A stretch of DNA of 64,000 nt. It comes from Candidatus Heimdallarchaeota archaeon (GTDB lineage: Archaea > Asgardarchaeota > Heimdallarchaeia > Heimdallarchaeales > Heimdallarchaeaceae). The DNA is taken from the NCBI GenBank assembly GCA_019057815.1, contig JAHLWR010000002.1:206284-270283 (forward strand), read 5' to 3'. Shown here one piece after another: positions 1-10,166 of this stretch. The position numbers and the translations under genes were made by a program. Position 1 is the stretch's first letter, and each line of letters begins with the position of its first letter. The notes beneath the pieces are model-generated. The model searched no databases, was not told the DNA's origin, and was given only the letters and a program-made list of their open reading frames with translations.

Positions 1-1
1 C

Positions 2-145
2 GTTTTCACTAATGATAAAGGAGATATTTTCTCTACCTCAAATATGTTTTCAAATAAAAATATTGTCAAAATGATTCTCAAATCCTTGGAAACTAATCCT
101 GTAAGAGATTATTTCAGTAATTTCGACAAACTTCTTTCACATTAG
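2..145 (+). CDS. 3' end of a CDS truncated by the window edge
   Basis: Frame 2 is open from base 2 to TAG at 143-145 (VFTNDKGDIF...FDKLLSH*); converges on the MTase. Confidence 0.55.
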   Translation, partial: VFTNDKGDIFSTSNMFSNKNIVKMILKSLETNPVRDYFSNFDKLLSH

Positions 146-155
146 ATACAGTTTT

Positions 156-1133
156 TCACAGCTGTATCTTATTTTTTATAAATTCCGCTATCTGTTTTGC
201 GATTATTGGAGGTACTGCTTCTCCCACTTGATCGAACATAGAATCAGCTGACCCAACAAACTTGAAATTATCAGAAAACCCCATCAATCTTGCATGTTCT
301 CTTATCGTTAGAGCTCTATCTTCCTCTGGATGAATAAACCTAGATTTACCCATTATGGTATTTGCATTTTCTTTAGGTGCTATTCTAATCCAATTTCTTT
401 TTTCCCTTGTGGCTCCTGAAAAATATACTCCAGCCCGACCTTTTGCTATTTTATGCACTTTTTTTGCAATTTTTTTAGGAAAGTGGACGTAAAAGTGATT
501 ATAGAAATCATTTGGGTATGAAGGATTAGGTAGATCATTAAGGACTTCTTCAGCTCGTATTTTCTTCTTTTTTGGAAGTATAATATGTATATTAGAGATG
601 AATAATCTATTCCTTGAAGAAGGACACCCATGTTCTTCTGCTCTTATGAAGTTGAAATGTATTTTACCATAGCCTGCAGTGATTAGTGCATCTTTTATTA
701 TTTGTTTACCCTGAGTTTCAGCCATTGGAACAACATTTTCTATCACAAAGAATTGTGGTTGTATATCACCAATTATCCTAATTGCATGAAAAATGAGATC
801 GCCTTGAGGATCTTCATAAAATCTTGCCCAAGGATTCTTTTTCCGTTTTGGATTTGCTGAAGTGAATGGCTCACATGGGGGAGAAGCAAGTATTATATCT
901 GGTTTATCAGCAATTTTTGACATTATATCAAGTGAATGAACTGTTCGAACATCTCTTTTCATCATCACGGTTTGGGGGAAGTTTAGTTCATAAGTTGCTG
1001 TAGTATTTTTGTCGTTTTCAATTGCAAGCAAATCTCTGAACCCAGCTTGAACAAATCCTAGACTAAAACCACCTGCTCCTGAAAACAAATCAATAAAAGT
1101 AGGAATTTGATTTGTACTTTTTTTTTCAAACAT
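156..1133 (-). CDS. C5-cytosine methyltransferase (Dcm/Dnmt fold)
   Basis: Motif I DLFSGAGG, motif IV SPPCEPF, motif VI ENV, motif VIII SSRNRLF, motif IX/X REHARLMGF...GEAVPP. Confidence 0.9.
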   Translation of the reverse strand: MFEKKSTNQIPTFIDLFSGAGGFSLGFVQAGFRDLLAIENDKNTTATYELNFPQTVMMKRDVRTVHSLDIMSKIADKPDIILASPPCEPFTSANPKRKKNPWARFYEDPQGDLIFHAIRIIGDIQPQFFVIENVVPMAETQGKQIIKDALITAGYGKIHFNFIRAEEHGCPSSRNRLFISNIHIILPKKKKIRAEEVLNDLPNPSYPNDFYNHFYVHFPKKIAKKVHKIAKGRAGVYFSGATREKRNWIRIAPKENANTIMGKSRFIHPEEDRALTIREHARLMGFSDNFKFVGSADSMFDQVGEAVPPIIAKQIAEFIKNKIQL

Positions 1134-1268
1134 TTGACCACCATCTGATTCTGTTAATCAACCCATTCCTTTTCCAAATAATTCTTCTTTGCCTAGTTAC
1201 TTGATATCACCCAAAAGTATTCTTTCCCCTCAAGTTGTGGAAGGTTTTCACATCCTTGCTAAAAGAAT

Positions 1269-1344
1269 TGGTGGGCAAAGCAGGAATTGAACCTGCGACC
1301 TACTCCGTGTGAGGGAGTTGTCATAGCCACTAGACCACATGCCC
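1269..1344 (-). tRNA. tRNA-Val(CAC), CCA encoded
   Basis: Reverse complement GGGCATG-TG-GTCTAGTGGCTATGAC-A-ACTCC-CTCACAC-GGAGT-AGGTC-GCAGG-TTCAATT-CCTGC-TTTGCCC-A-CCA; BRE/TATA-like GAAAAAATATATAG about 30 nt upstream. Confidence 0.95.
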
Positions 1345-1415
1345 GTAATTCAATCAGATATAGCATCCAAAGCTATATATTTTTTCTGTTTGGTAATTTA
1401 GAAAAAGCAATATAA

Positions 1416-1639
1416 TGCCCCTGAGGTTAACACACTGCTTCATTTTTTGGGTTAACCCCACATCTACTAGTTGAGCTCCTCAGGAGCATATGTTGTCTAC
1501 CAGGGTTGACCTAATATCATTGTATGGAATGCTTCATTCCACTCAATAAGGAGCCCGTATGGTAGCCTGTAGCCTTTCTTTTTGCACTTTTCTTCATTGT
1601 TGGCCAAAGCCTACTATGAAAAGTCCTCGATAAAAGGCA
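1416..1639. ncRNA. Candidate structured ncRNA (three hairpins, paired ends)
   Basis: More GC-rich than its flanks, no ORF; hairpins GGTTAAC/GTTAACC, TGGAATG/CATTCCA and a looser third stem; ends pair on the minus strand. Confidence 0.45.
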
Positions 1640-1794
1640 AAATAACATTAATCTCAAATATCTTTAATGTTTTGTTTTTTAACATTAACAAAAAACAACC
1701 CTTATTCTTAATTATAATGTCACGTCATACATGTTTAATTATAAAGTAATTTTTAAAATAAGATTGTAAAAAGGGAAAAGAAAAAGGGAATAAA

Positions 1795-3243
1795 TTACAG
1801 GTCCCTATACTCAACAATTTTCACAGATGCAGGTTTCTTGGAGATTTCACCCAACCTTGCACCTATTACCATTGCTATACCTTTGTTGTGAGCTCGTTCA
1901 AGCAATCTCTGTGTAATAATTCCATCGATAACAATAATTTCGGCTTTTTTTATTTCATCTAGTTTGTTGAATATTTCCGCAGCGGGAATTCTGAGTAATT
2001 CTTTGTTTTCTTCTTCGAAAACCACAGCTTCAAGTTTTTGTTTCACACTTTCAACGGTTTTGTTAAGATATTCAGGCAATTCTATTTTCCTTATAATCCT
2101 TCTAGGAGGTCGTGTCTCAGTATCGCGATACGATGTAGTGCGCCTAGAAGTACTCTCAGGTCTTCTTGTTTGACTATAACTTGTTCTAGAATCTGTAGGT
2201 CTGTATTCCCTCCTAGGTTGAAAGCTTCTTGTATCGCGTGGTCTTCTCTCAGATGTATAAGAAGGTTGACGAGGTTTATATGTAGATGGTCTTTCATAAC
2301 TTTTACCTTCGTATTTGGTCTCTGGTTTAACATACGAGGGTTTTACTTGTTTTCTACCTGTTTTCGTGGATTTTTGTATGAATTTTTTAACTGTCAAGCC
2401 TTCATCAGTTCCTGTTAGGAAAACAGCTTTTTCTAAAGAAGTACACTTCTTGAGAGCTTCATTTACTTCATCCTTATTCAAATCTTCTACTTCTTTACCC
2501 TTTGGTGCTCTAGCAACATATTCCACGTGCGCAACTTGAAGTAATTCTTTTAATATTAAATCTCCTCCTCTATCACCATCAAGAAAAACCGTTACTGTTT
2601 TATTTTTAATTAATTCAACGAGTCTAAGTGAAACGCTTGTACCATTAACAGCAATTGTATTATCAATTCCCATCTTCAAAAGAGTAACAACATCTGCTCT
2701 TCCTTCAACAAGTATAATTTTCTTTGATTTTTCAAAAGCTGGTCCTGCAGCAAAACCATCAGCACCAATTTTTATCACTGAACCAACTTTAGACGATTTC
2801 TCTACCTCAAGTTTAATTGAAGAACTAAAAGGACTCACATTTTGATCCCATTGACGGACAATCTCAGCTGCACGATCCACAATTGACTTTCTCTTATCAA
2901 TTCTTACATCAACAATTTCACCTAGTTTAATCTTGCAAGTACAAGGACCTACACGATCAACAGTTTCAATAGTTGCAGCCAAAATTGCTGTTTCTGTTCG
3001 TGGAAGACTAGAAGGAATAATAATACTTCCTCTAGTTTTCCCTTCTCTACTGGTAAGGTCTACACTTATACGACCTATTCTACCCGATTTTTGGAGTTCA
3101 CGAATATCTAAATCTTCACTTAAAAGTCCAGAAGTTTGACCATAAATAGCCCCAACAATATCGGGTGTCTCCACAACTCCCTGTATTTCAAACCTCACTA
3201 CAATATTATACTTCGTAGTCGAAGCGTCATTTTTAGCACCCAT
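1795..3243 (-). CDS. dnaG: Archaeal DnaG-type protein (TOPRIM; exosome-associated)
   Basis: DIVGAIYGQT...LRELQKSGRIGRI-like N-domain, TOPRIM VEGRADV and FLDGDRGG, C-terminal DGIITQRL. Start placed at ATG 3243 behind GGTGA. Confidence 0.95.
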   Translation of the reverse strand: MGAKNDASTTKYNIVVRFEIQGVVETPDIVGAIYGQTSGLLSEDLDIRELQKSGRIGRISVDLTSREGKTRGSIIIPSSLPRTETAILAATIETVDRVGPCTCKIKLGEIVDVRIDKRKSIVDRAAEIVRQWDQNVSPFSSSIKLEVEKSSKVGSVIKIGADGFAAGPAFEKSKKIILVEGRADVVTLLKMGIDNTIAVNGTSVSLRLVELIKNKTVTVFLDGDRGGDLILKELLQVAHVEYVARAPKGKEVEDLNKDEVNEALKKCTSLEKAVFLTGTDEGLTVKKFIQKSTKTGRKQVKPSYVKPETKYEGKSYERPSTYKPRQPSYTSERRPRDTRSFQPRREYRPTDSRTSYSQTRRPESTSRRTTSYRDTETRPPRRIIRKIELPEYLNKTVESVKQKLEAVVFEEENKELLRIPAAEIFNKLDEIKKAEIIVIDGIITQRLLERAHNKGIAMVIGARLGEISKKPASVKIVEYRDL

Positions 3244-3721
3244 ATAATCACCTTTTATAATGTCCAATATTCATGCATTTGATTAGTCGCACATAGGTGA
3301 CACACACTACTCAAAATCCCCTGCCCAAATACACACTTCAAATTAATTTATGAGTTATTATGAATATAATTAATTTTTAACATATTATATCTTAATTCTA
3401 TGTGATTGTGATAATTTTGAAATGATGATTATGATAGTGAATTGTAATGTCCATTTTGAATATTAACCCTTTATTTGTGCTAATCTAATAGGGCATGAAT
3501 ATATATTACTTTTACTTAATTTTCAATCATAGTCTGAACATTGTTCCTTTCTTTCAGACTTCAAGACAACATAGATTGGTCAATGTTAAAAAACTTACCA
3601 TATGATACATTACTAACTAGTTTATAAGTTCTACACTTTCATAAAATTATGGGATCAAAGTAATCAAAAGTATTTAACTATGTTTAAATAATTTGAGTTG
3701 AGAATTTTAAAGTGAATAACA

Positions 3722-4147
3722 ATGCATCCAGCGATTATTGTCCTATTTTGTATAGGTGGAGCACTAGGTCTGCTAACAATTATTTTTCTAATCTTAAGAA
3801 TAAAAAAGAAAAAGAAAAACCCTCTGATTGAACGAGCTGAATCCATATTTATCGTTATTAATCAAAGAATCCACAGCATACTAAATGAAATCCAGAAAAT
3901 AGATTCAGAGGTTACAAAAATTCTAATTTTGAAGAATACAAAAGACAAGTCAAATGAAAGTGCAGAAGAACTACAAATTAAGTTAGAGGATAATCAGGTT
4001 AAAATCAAGAAGTTAATGCTGAAAATTGAAGACTTAAAAGATTATCAAAAAGAGATTAAAAATGAGATATTGAATAAAAAACAAGGAAATTTAGACGAAA
4101 TTGAAGTTATTTTTGAAAGGATAAAAGAAAAAATCGACAATTGTTGA
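3722..4147 (+). CDS. Membrane-anchored coiled-coil hypothetical protein
   Basis: N-terminal TM helix, poly-K stop-transfer, heptad-rich body. Confidence 0.7.
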   Translation: MHPAIIVLFCIGGALGLLTIIFLILRIKKKKKNPLIERAESIFIVINQRIHSILNEIQKIDSEVTKILILKNTKDKSNESAEELQIKLEDNQVKIKKLMLKIEDLKDYQKEIKNEILNKKQGNLDEIEVIFERIKEKIDNC

Positions 4148-4226
4148 GAAATCCTTAATTTTAGAATACGTTTCTAAGGCTAGTGTAGTTACAGATAGTT
4201 TAATATTCTCTATAATAAAACTTTAA

Positions 4227-5111
4227 ATGTCTTCAGCTTGGAGGATGGCACACATGTATGAGATTGTCGATAAGAAGGATTTAAACGTTGAAAATATCAT
4301 GTTTAAAGTTAAAGCACCTCAAATTGCTAGTTCTTGTAAAGCAGGTCAATTTATTATAGTACGAGCAAACGAAAAAGCAGAAAGAATCCCTCTAACAATT
4401 GCAGACTGGGATTCAAAGGAGGGGTGGATACAAATCATTTTCCAGAAAGTTGGTGCTTCAACTTATGAATTAGCTGACTACAACAAAGGTGATGAATTAA
4501 TGGACTTTGTTGGACCTTTAGGTCTCCCCACGCATGCAGAAGGTGCCGGTAAAACTGTAGTAATTGGTGGAGGATTGGGAATAGCTATAGCAACACCGGT
4601 TGCTCGTGCATATAAACAAGCTGGAAATCATGTAGATGTCATTATTGGAGCAAGAAATTCAGAACTATTAATTTTAGAAAAAGAATTGGATAAGATAGCG
4701 GATAATCTGTATATTTGCACAGATGACGGATCAAAGGGAAGAGAGGGTTTTGTGACAGAACAACTTGAAGAGTTGATTAAAAGTGGAGCAAACTATAAAA
4801 CATGCTTTACAGTAGGTCCTCCAATAATGATGATGTTTGTTTCAAAGATAACAGAAAAATATGATTTAAAAACAGTAGTAAGCTTGAACAGCATAATGCT
4901 AGATGGAACAGGAATGTGTGGAGCTTGTAGAGTGTCTATAGGAGGGGAAACAAAACTAGCATGTGTAGACGGTCCAGATTTTGATGGACATCTAGTTGAT
5001 TGGGAAATTTTAATGCATCGTTTAACAGCATACAAAGATGAAGAACGTGAAGCGATGGAAGAATATCAGAAGAAAAATGAATGTTGTAACGAAAAGAAGG
5101 ATGGTGCATAA
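4227..5111 (+). CDS. sudB: Sulfide dehydrogenase/transhydrogenase beta subunit (SudB/NfnA)
   Basis: ERIPLTIAD, GPLG, GGGLGIA, DGTGMCGACRV...CVDGPDF [2Fe-2S] motif. True start probably ATG 4245 or 4254. Confidence 0.92.
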   Translation: MSSAWRMAHMYEIVDKKDLNVENIMFKVKAPQIASSCKAGQFIIVRANEKAERIPLTIADWDSKEGWIQIIFQKVGASTYELADYNKGDELMDFVGPLGLPTHAEGAGKTVVIGGGLGIAIATPVARAYKQAGNHVDVIIGARNSELLILEKELDKIADNLYICTDDGSKGREGFVTEQLEELIKSGANYKTCFTVGPPIMMMFVSKITEKYDLKTVVSLNSIMLDGTGMCGACRVSIGGETKLACVDGPDFDGHLVDWEILMHRLTAYKDEEREAMEEYQKKNECCNEKKDGA

Positions 5112-6575
5112 ATGGAGAAAGCAACAGAAAGACCACAAAGAAAACCAAGACCAATGATAATAAGAACAAAACTACCTATGCCAACACAGCACCCAGAAGA
5201 TAGAGCTAAGAATTTTGATGAGGTACCATATGGCTATAACGAGGCTGAAGCAATGTTTGAGGCACAAAGATGCCTACAGTGTAAAAATCAACCATGTGTG
5301 AAGGGTTGCCCAGTTGAAGTTCCTATCAGAGACTTCATTATTTTAATTACTGAGCGCAAATTTATGGAAGCAGCAGCACTTATTAAAACTAAAAATGGTC
5401 TTCCAGCTATTACTGGTCGTGTTTGTCCCCAAGAGACTCAATGTGAAGCTCGTTGTACTCTCGGCAGACGTTATGAATCTGTTGCAATTGGCTATCTTGA
5501 GCGTTTCGTTGCAGACTATGCACGAGATCACGGCGAAGAAGTTGCTGAAATTCCTCTCAAGACTGGTAAAAAAGTTGCTATTGTTGGTGCGGGTCCAGCA
5601 GGTTTGACTTGTGCGAGTGATCTTGCTCTTATGGGGCATGACATCAGCATTTTTGAAGCTCTTCACAAACCTGGTGGTGTTTTAGTTTATGGTATCCCCG
5701 AGTTTCGTTTACCAAAAGATATTGTCAAGTATGAAATTGATTATGTTAAAAAATTGGGTGTCGAGTTAAACACCAATTTCATTGTTGGGCGTAATAAAAC
5801 AGTTGGAGAGCTTTTAAAGGAATATGATGCTGTTTTTATTGGTTCTGGCGCAGGAGGTCCTCGTTTATTAAAACTTCCAGGCATCAATTTAGTCAATGTT
5901 TATAGTGCTAATGAATATTTAACGCGGGTAAATTTAATGAAAGCTTACCTCTTTCCCGACTATAAAACCCCAGTTAAAATAGGTAAAAATGTTGTTACGA
6001 TTGGCGCGGGTAATGTTGCAATGGATTCTGCTCGTACTGCTAAGCGTTTAGGTGCTGAAAACTCTATTATTATCTATCGTCGTAGCCGTAAAGAATGTCC
6101 TGCTCGTGCTGAAGAGGTTCATCATGCAGAGGAGGAAGAAATTGAATTTAAGTTTCTTACAAATCCTGTTCGAATCATTGGAGACGAGTTGAGCAAGGTT
6201 AAAGCAGTAGAGTGCTTGGAATATGAGCTTGGCGAGCCAGATGAAAGTGGTCGTGCTAAACCTATACCTATCCCAGGTTCTGAGCATTTAATTGAATGTG
6301 ATGTTGTCATTATTGCCGTTGGAAATGATCCTAATCCCTTAATTCCAATGACCACTCCAGAGCTTGAAACAACTAAATGGGGGACTATTGTCACTGAAAC
6401 AGCTACTGGTAAAACAAGTATGAAGCAAGTTTATGCTGGTGGTGACATTAGTACAGGAGCTGCTACAGTCATTGCAGCTATGGGAGCAGGAAAGATTGCT
6501 GCTAAGAGCATTCACAAAGAGATAATGGCTATTAGTGATGATGATGAAAAAGTTAGCTTAGCTCAAGGTACTTGA
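5112..6575 (+). CDS. sudA: Sulfide dehydrogenase alpha / NfnB (GltD-like)
   Basis: RCLQC..PCVKGCP, GRVCPQETQCE, GAGPAG and GAGNVAMD motifs; abuts sudB. Confidence 0.92.
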   Translation: MEKATERPQRKPRPMIIRTKLPMPTQHPEDRAKNFDEVPYGYNEAEAMFEAQRCLQCKNQPCVKGCPVEVPIRDFIILITERKFMEAAALIKTKNGLPAITGRVCPQETQCEARCTLGRRYESVAIGYLERFVADYARDHGEEVAEIPLKTGKKVAIVGAGPAGLTCASDLALMGHDISIFEALHKPGGVLVYGIPEFRLPKDIVKYEIDYVKKLGVELNTNFIVGRNKTVGELLKEYDAVFIGSGAGGPRLLKLPGINLVNVYSANEYLTRVNLMKAYLFPDYKTPVKIGKNVVTIGAGNVAMDSARTAKRLGAENSIIIYRRSRKECPARAEEVHHAEEEEIEFKFLTNPVRIIGDELSKVKAVECLEYELGEPDESGRAKPIPIPGSEHLIECDVVIIAVGNDPNPLIPMTTPELETTKWGTIVTETATGKTSMKQVYAGGDISTGAATVIAAMGAGKIAAKSIHKEIMAISDDDEKVSLAQGT

Positions 6576-6736
6576 AAAACAGCAGGATAAATACAGTTGA
6601 TTCTTTTTACGCTTTTATCCTCAGGATATAATTTCTTGAAAAAGCTAAAGTCTATCTGACGAAACATGCTAATTATTATTTGAAATTGTCATTATTATTT
6701 CTTAGTCTAAATTATTATTTTTTCTTCTAGAACCAC

Positions 6737-7219
6737 TTATATGTGCTTAATCATCACATATGCGTCTGTATTATCTTCGTAATATTTTCGTATCTTAGAA
6801 TCGATATGGAATCCTTCTTCTTCATAAAGCTGAATAGCTCCAGCATTATCAACTTTAACTTCTAATTTTACACTTGTGTATGCAAACTTCTTACAGCTAT
6901 CAATGAAATGTCTAAGCAATTTTCTCCCATATCCCTTTCCTCTTACATCTTCTTCTATTGCTATGGATAATATATGGGATTGTCTAGGTAATGAGGTATA
7001 TCCCCCTAGAATAAATCCAACGATTTCATCGCTATCAAGAACAACGAAACATAGTTCAGGTGCTCCAAGATATAGATTTGTGATTAAAGTTCTTCCGAAA
7101 GGAATTTTGAAGCTCCTTCTTTCAACATCAAAAACATCATCCATATCATTTTCAAACATATGTCTAATCGTAATCACATGTGACCCTTCGTTCTGATATT
7201 TTAATGCCCCAAAGCCCAA
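6737..7219 (-). CDS. rimI: RimI/Ard1-like GNAT N-acetyltransferase
   Basis: HILSIAI..RGKGYGRKL, LEVKVDN..AIQLY, KYYEDNTDAYVM. Confidence 0.85.
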   Translation of the reverse strand: MGFGALKYQNEGSHVITIRHMFENDMDDVFDVERRSFKIPFGRTLITNLYLGAPELCFVVLDSDEIVGFILGGYTSLPRQSHILSIAIEEDVRGKGYGRKLLRHFIDSCKKFAYTSVKLEVKVDNAGAIQLYEEEGFHIDSKIRKYYEDNTDAYVMIKHI

Positions 7220-7437
7220 TAATGAGTTTAGGATTTAGCTTTTACTTTTATCTATTAATCTAGTAAAAAATAAACCTTACCTTTCTCTTATTAAATTGGT
7301 CTAGTTTGAATAGAGATAAAACATTTGTCAACAAAATCCAAGAGTAGATTAACAAGATATTACTCAGAGATAACATCCCAAATCGGTAGGATTTTATTAC
7401 TATAGATAATATTGGATACTACAAAGAACATTCAGAG

Positions 7438-7854
7438 ATGCACATATTGAGTAAAAAAAGAGCAACAGATTATGAAAGAAAACTTGGAGAGATATTCTGG
7501 GAAAATGGTTTTGGTGTAATGAGAGCCCCCTCTTCCTCAGGAACAACTAATATTCGTCGCCCTGATCTTCTTGTTGGATCATCGAAAAAAAATCTGACTT
7601 TTGCTATTGAGGTTAAAACATCTCGCCAAAATCAATTCTATGTAACTAAAAAACAACTATCTGGTTTACAAGAGTTTGCTTCATGTTTTGGTGCAGAACC
7701 CTATCTTGCAGTAAAATTCGTTGGGAAACGCATGGATTTTATGTTTTTAAAGGTTCCAGATGATTTAATTTTAAGTAAGGGAGAAAGTTACAGAGTAGAT
7801 ATAGATATGGTTAAAGAAAAAGCAATGGAATTTTCTTCTTTAATCAATCAATAA
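7438..7854 (+). CDS. hjc: Holliday junction resolvase Hjc
   Basis: YER..., GFGVMRAPSS, PDLLVG, IEVK (PD-(D/E)xK), LQEFA..FGAEPYLAVKF. Confidence 0.88.
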   Translation: MHILSKKRATDYERKLGEIFWENGFGVMRAPSSSGTTNIRRPDLLVGSSKKNLTFAIEVKTSRQNQFYVTKKQLSGLQEFASCFGAEPYLAVKFVGKRMDFMFLKVPDDLILSKGESYRVDIDMVKEKAMEFSSLINQ

Positions 7855-7876
7855 TACAGAAAGAAGTGAGTAAACA

Positions 7877-8968
7877 ATGAAACTGCTGAAAAAAGATTAC
7901 AAGCACGGGATTATTGAATTCATTCCGGAAACGATTGATGACCTTTATTCACTTTACCGTATTCTAAAACCTGGTGATCTATTTAGGGCTTCAACAAGCC
8001 GAAGAGTGAGAAAAAATACGGAAGACGGAAGGTCTGATTCTGGTGATAGAGTGAAGATGGTTTTAGAAATTAGAATTGAAGAAGTTTCTTTTGGAGGTTT
8101 TGGTGATAATCTTCGGGTTAAGGGAGTTATAGTTGCAGGAAGAGAAGATTTAGTTTCTCTAGGTTCATACCACACTATAGCATTATCAACCAAGGAAAAA
8201 GCTAGAATAACAAAAGAAAAATGGGCAACGATTGAAAAGAAAATAATAGAAGAAGCAGAAAAAAGCTCCGCATCAAGCCCAATATTAATTGTCACATTAG
8301 AAGAAGGGTCGGTTTGTATTGCGCTAATATCTCAATACCAAATGAAAATAATAAATGAATCACGTTCAGCTATCACTAGAAAATTCAGTGATGTAAAGCA
8401 ACATACTTCTACAATGGGAGTTTTCTTCCAAGATGTGCTGCAAATGATTCAAGATGCTATCTCACAATACAAAATAGATATACTCATTCTTGCTGGCCCT
8501 AGTTTCACCTCTGAAAACTTCATGGATTTTGTGAAAAAACGTAACCAAGATATTGCAAATAAGATTCAAACTGTTCATGTTCATACAGGAGGAAGAGTTG
8601 GTCTTCATGAGGTGCTTTCAAAAAAACTACCAGAAAAAATCGCTGAAGAACAACATATAGCTAGTGAAACACGACTTTTAGATGAATTCTTCAAGAGGAT
8701 AGGACAGAGTACTGGTACCGTTGCCTATGGAGTAAAAAACGTAAAACAAGCTTTAGAAATGGGAGCCGTTGAAACCCTAATGATTAGTGATGATATGTTG
8801 AAAATAGATGATATAGCAAAAAGAGAGAGTATCGATTCATTTGTTGAACAAAATTCTCGACTTAGAGGTAAAACAGTAATAATGAGTACAATGCACGATA
8901 CGGGAGAACAGCTTTCCAAATTAGGAGGTATTGCAGCTCTATTACGTTATCCTATCTCAGAATCTTGA
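7877..8968 (+). CDS. pelA: mRNA surveillance protein Pelota/Dom34
   Basis: PETIDDLYSL, GSYHTI, LAGPSF, AYG...ALEMGAVETL, GEQLSKLGGIAALLRYP. Confidence 0.95.
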   Translation: MKLLKKDYKHGIIEFIPETIDDLYSLYRILKPGDLFRASTSRRVRKNTEDGRSDSGDRVKMVLEIRIEEVSFGGFGDNLRVKGVIVAGREDLVSLGSYHTIALSTKEKARITKEKWATIEKKIIEEAEKSSASSPILIVTLEEGSVCIALISQYQMKIINESRSAITRKFSDVKQHTSTMGVFFQDVLQMIQDAISQYKIDILILAGPSFTSENFMDFVKKRNQDIANKIQTVHVHTGGRVGLHEVLSKKLPEKIAEEQHIASETRLLDEFFKRIGQSTGTVAYGVKNVKQALEMGAVETLMISDDMLKIDDIAKRESIDSFVEQNSRLRGKTVIMSTMHDTGEQLSKLGGIAALLRYPISES

Positions 8969-10071
8969 TTTTTATTGTGAAAAATTGGATTTAGATATGT
9001 TATGAAGCCGCCATCATATGGATATTGATGGATAATTTCGATACTAACAATATCTCCTGTAAACTTTCGAGAAAGGCTTTTCCCAAATTTCTCTGCATAT
9101 TCCCAATGGGTAGATATTGTTTTATCTTCTTTTTTTACTTCTATAAGTTGGTCATCTATATTGTGGTCTTCTTTTAAAGCTTGCACAATAGAGGGAATAG
9201 ACTGACTGTTTTCAACATTGATTCTTGCCCGAACTATCAAACCTTCTTCTGTTATTTCATCAAATGGTTTTGCATAATTCTTAGCTCTACGAATAAATCT
9301 GTTCCTAAGTTGCACTTTGTCTTTATAACTTGAAGAGCAATAATGAAGTGGTACAGCAGATTTTCTAAATTTTTTAAGTATTTCAAGAGCAAATGTTTCG
9401 CTTCCTTTAACTGCTGCACTAGAGTTATCCTTAACTGAAAAACCTCTTTCCCTCAAAAAATGAAAATTTGTCTCAGTGAATTCAAACTCATTTAAGTTGA
9501 TAAAATCAAGACGAACTTCTGAAGCAAACGTTATAATCTCTTCCAAGGCTTCTTCATTATTTGGAATTACTGGGATTTCTATTCCCACATCCCAGTCTAG
9601 ATTTTTAGCATTTTGTATGGATTCTTTCATATTCTTTCCCAAAATAAGAAGAGGTGGATGAAAACGTATTTCATCAAGACCAGCTTGATGTAGCCTTTGC
9701 AAAGCATCCTTACTCAATGCTTTAGAAGTATAAAGATGACAGTGAAAATCCTCCCCAAATTCTCTCTTAAAAGAAAGTATGTACCGAATAATCCTATCTA
9801 GTTTTAAAGTAGGCTCTCCTCCAGTTATACCCACACCTAAAGCAGAGATTTGTTTAGCTTCGTGAATCGCTTCCTCAACATTGAAAATTAACTGTTCATC
9901 AGCAAATTGGACATCTAGTCTCCTTTCCTTCGAAACGGGGCAGTAAAAACAGTTTGTAGAGCATTCTCCTGTAATAAAAAGAACTAGTTTGGCACCAAGC
10001 GCGCAAAATTCGCACCCTTTTGAGGGTTTACCTACTACCTTGTCTCCGTACCATTTAGCTATTTTTCCCAT
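8947..10071 (-). CDS. Radical SAM protein (archaeal family)
   Basis: GCEFCALGAKLVLFITGECSTNCFYCP (CxxxCxxC), GITGGEP, LDEIRFHP. Start moved to ATG 10071. Confidence 0.88.
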   Translation of the reverse strand: MGKIAKWYGDKVVGKPSKGCEFCALGAKLVLFITGECSTNCFYCPVSKERRLDVQFADEQLIFNVEEAIHEAKQISALGVGITGGEPTLKLDRIIRYILSFKREFGEDFHCHLYTSKALSKDALQRLHQAGLDEIRFHPPLLILGKNMKESIQNAKNLDWDVGIEIPVIPNNEEALEEIITFASEVRLDFINLNEFEFTETNFHFLRERGFSVKDNSSAAVKGSETFALEILKKFRKSAVPLHYCSSSYKDKVQLRNRFIRRAKNYAKPFDEITEEGLIVRARINVENSQSIPSIVQALKEDHNIDDQLIEVKKEDKTISTHWEYAEKFGKSLSRKFTGDIVSIEIIHQYPYDGGFITYLNPIFHNKNQDSEIG

Positions 10072-10166
10072 TTCAAGCTGAAATTCAGATTCGATAATAA
10101 AAAGAATCAGATTGAACATCTTCGAAAGAGAGAAGCACTAACAAAACTAGTCTAATCTTTTCTATT

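Noticed and set aside
3270-3720. AT-rich gap as a replication origin
   Set aside because: No ORB-like repeats and no cdc6/orc1 nearby; divergent promoters explain it.
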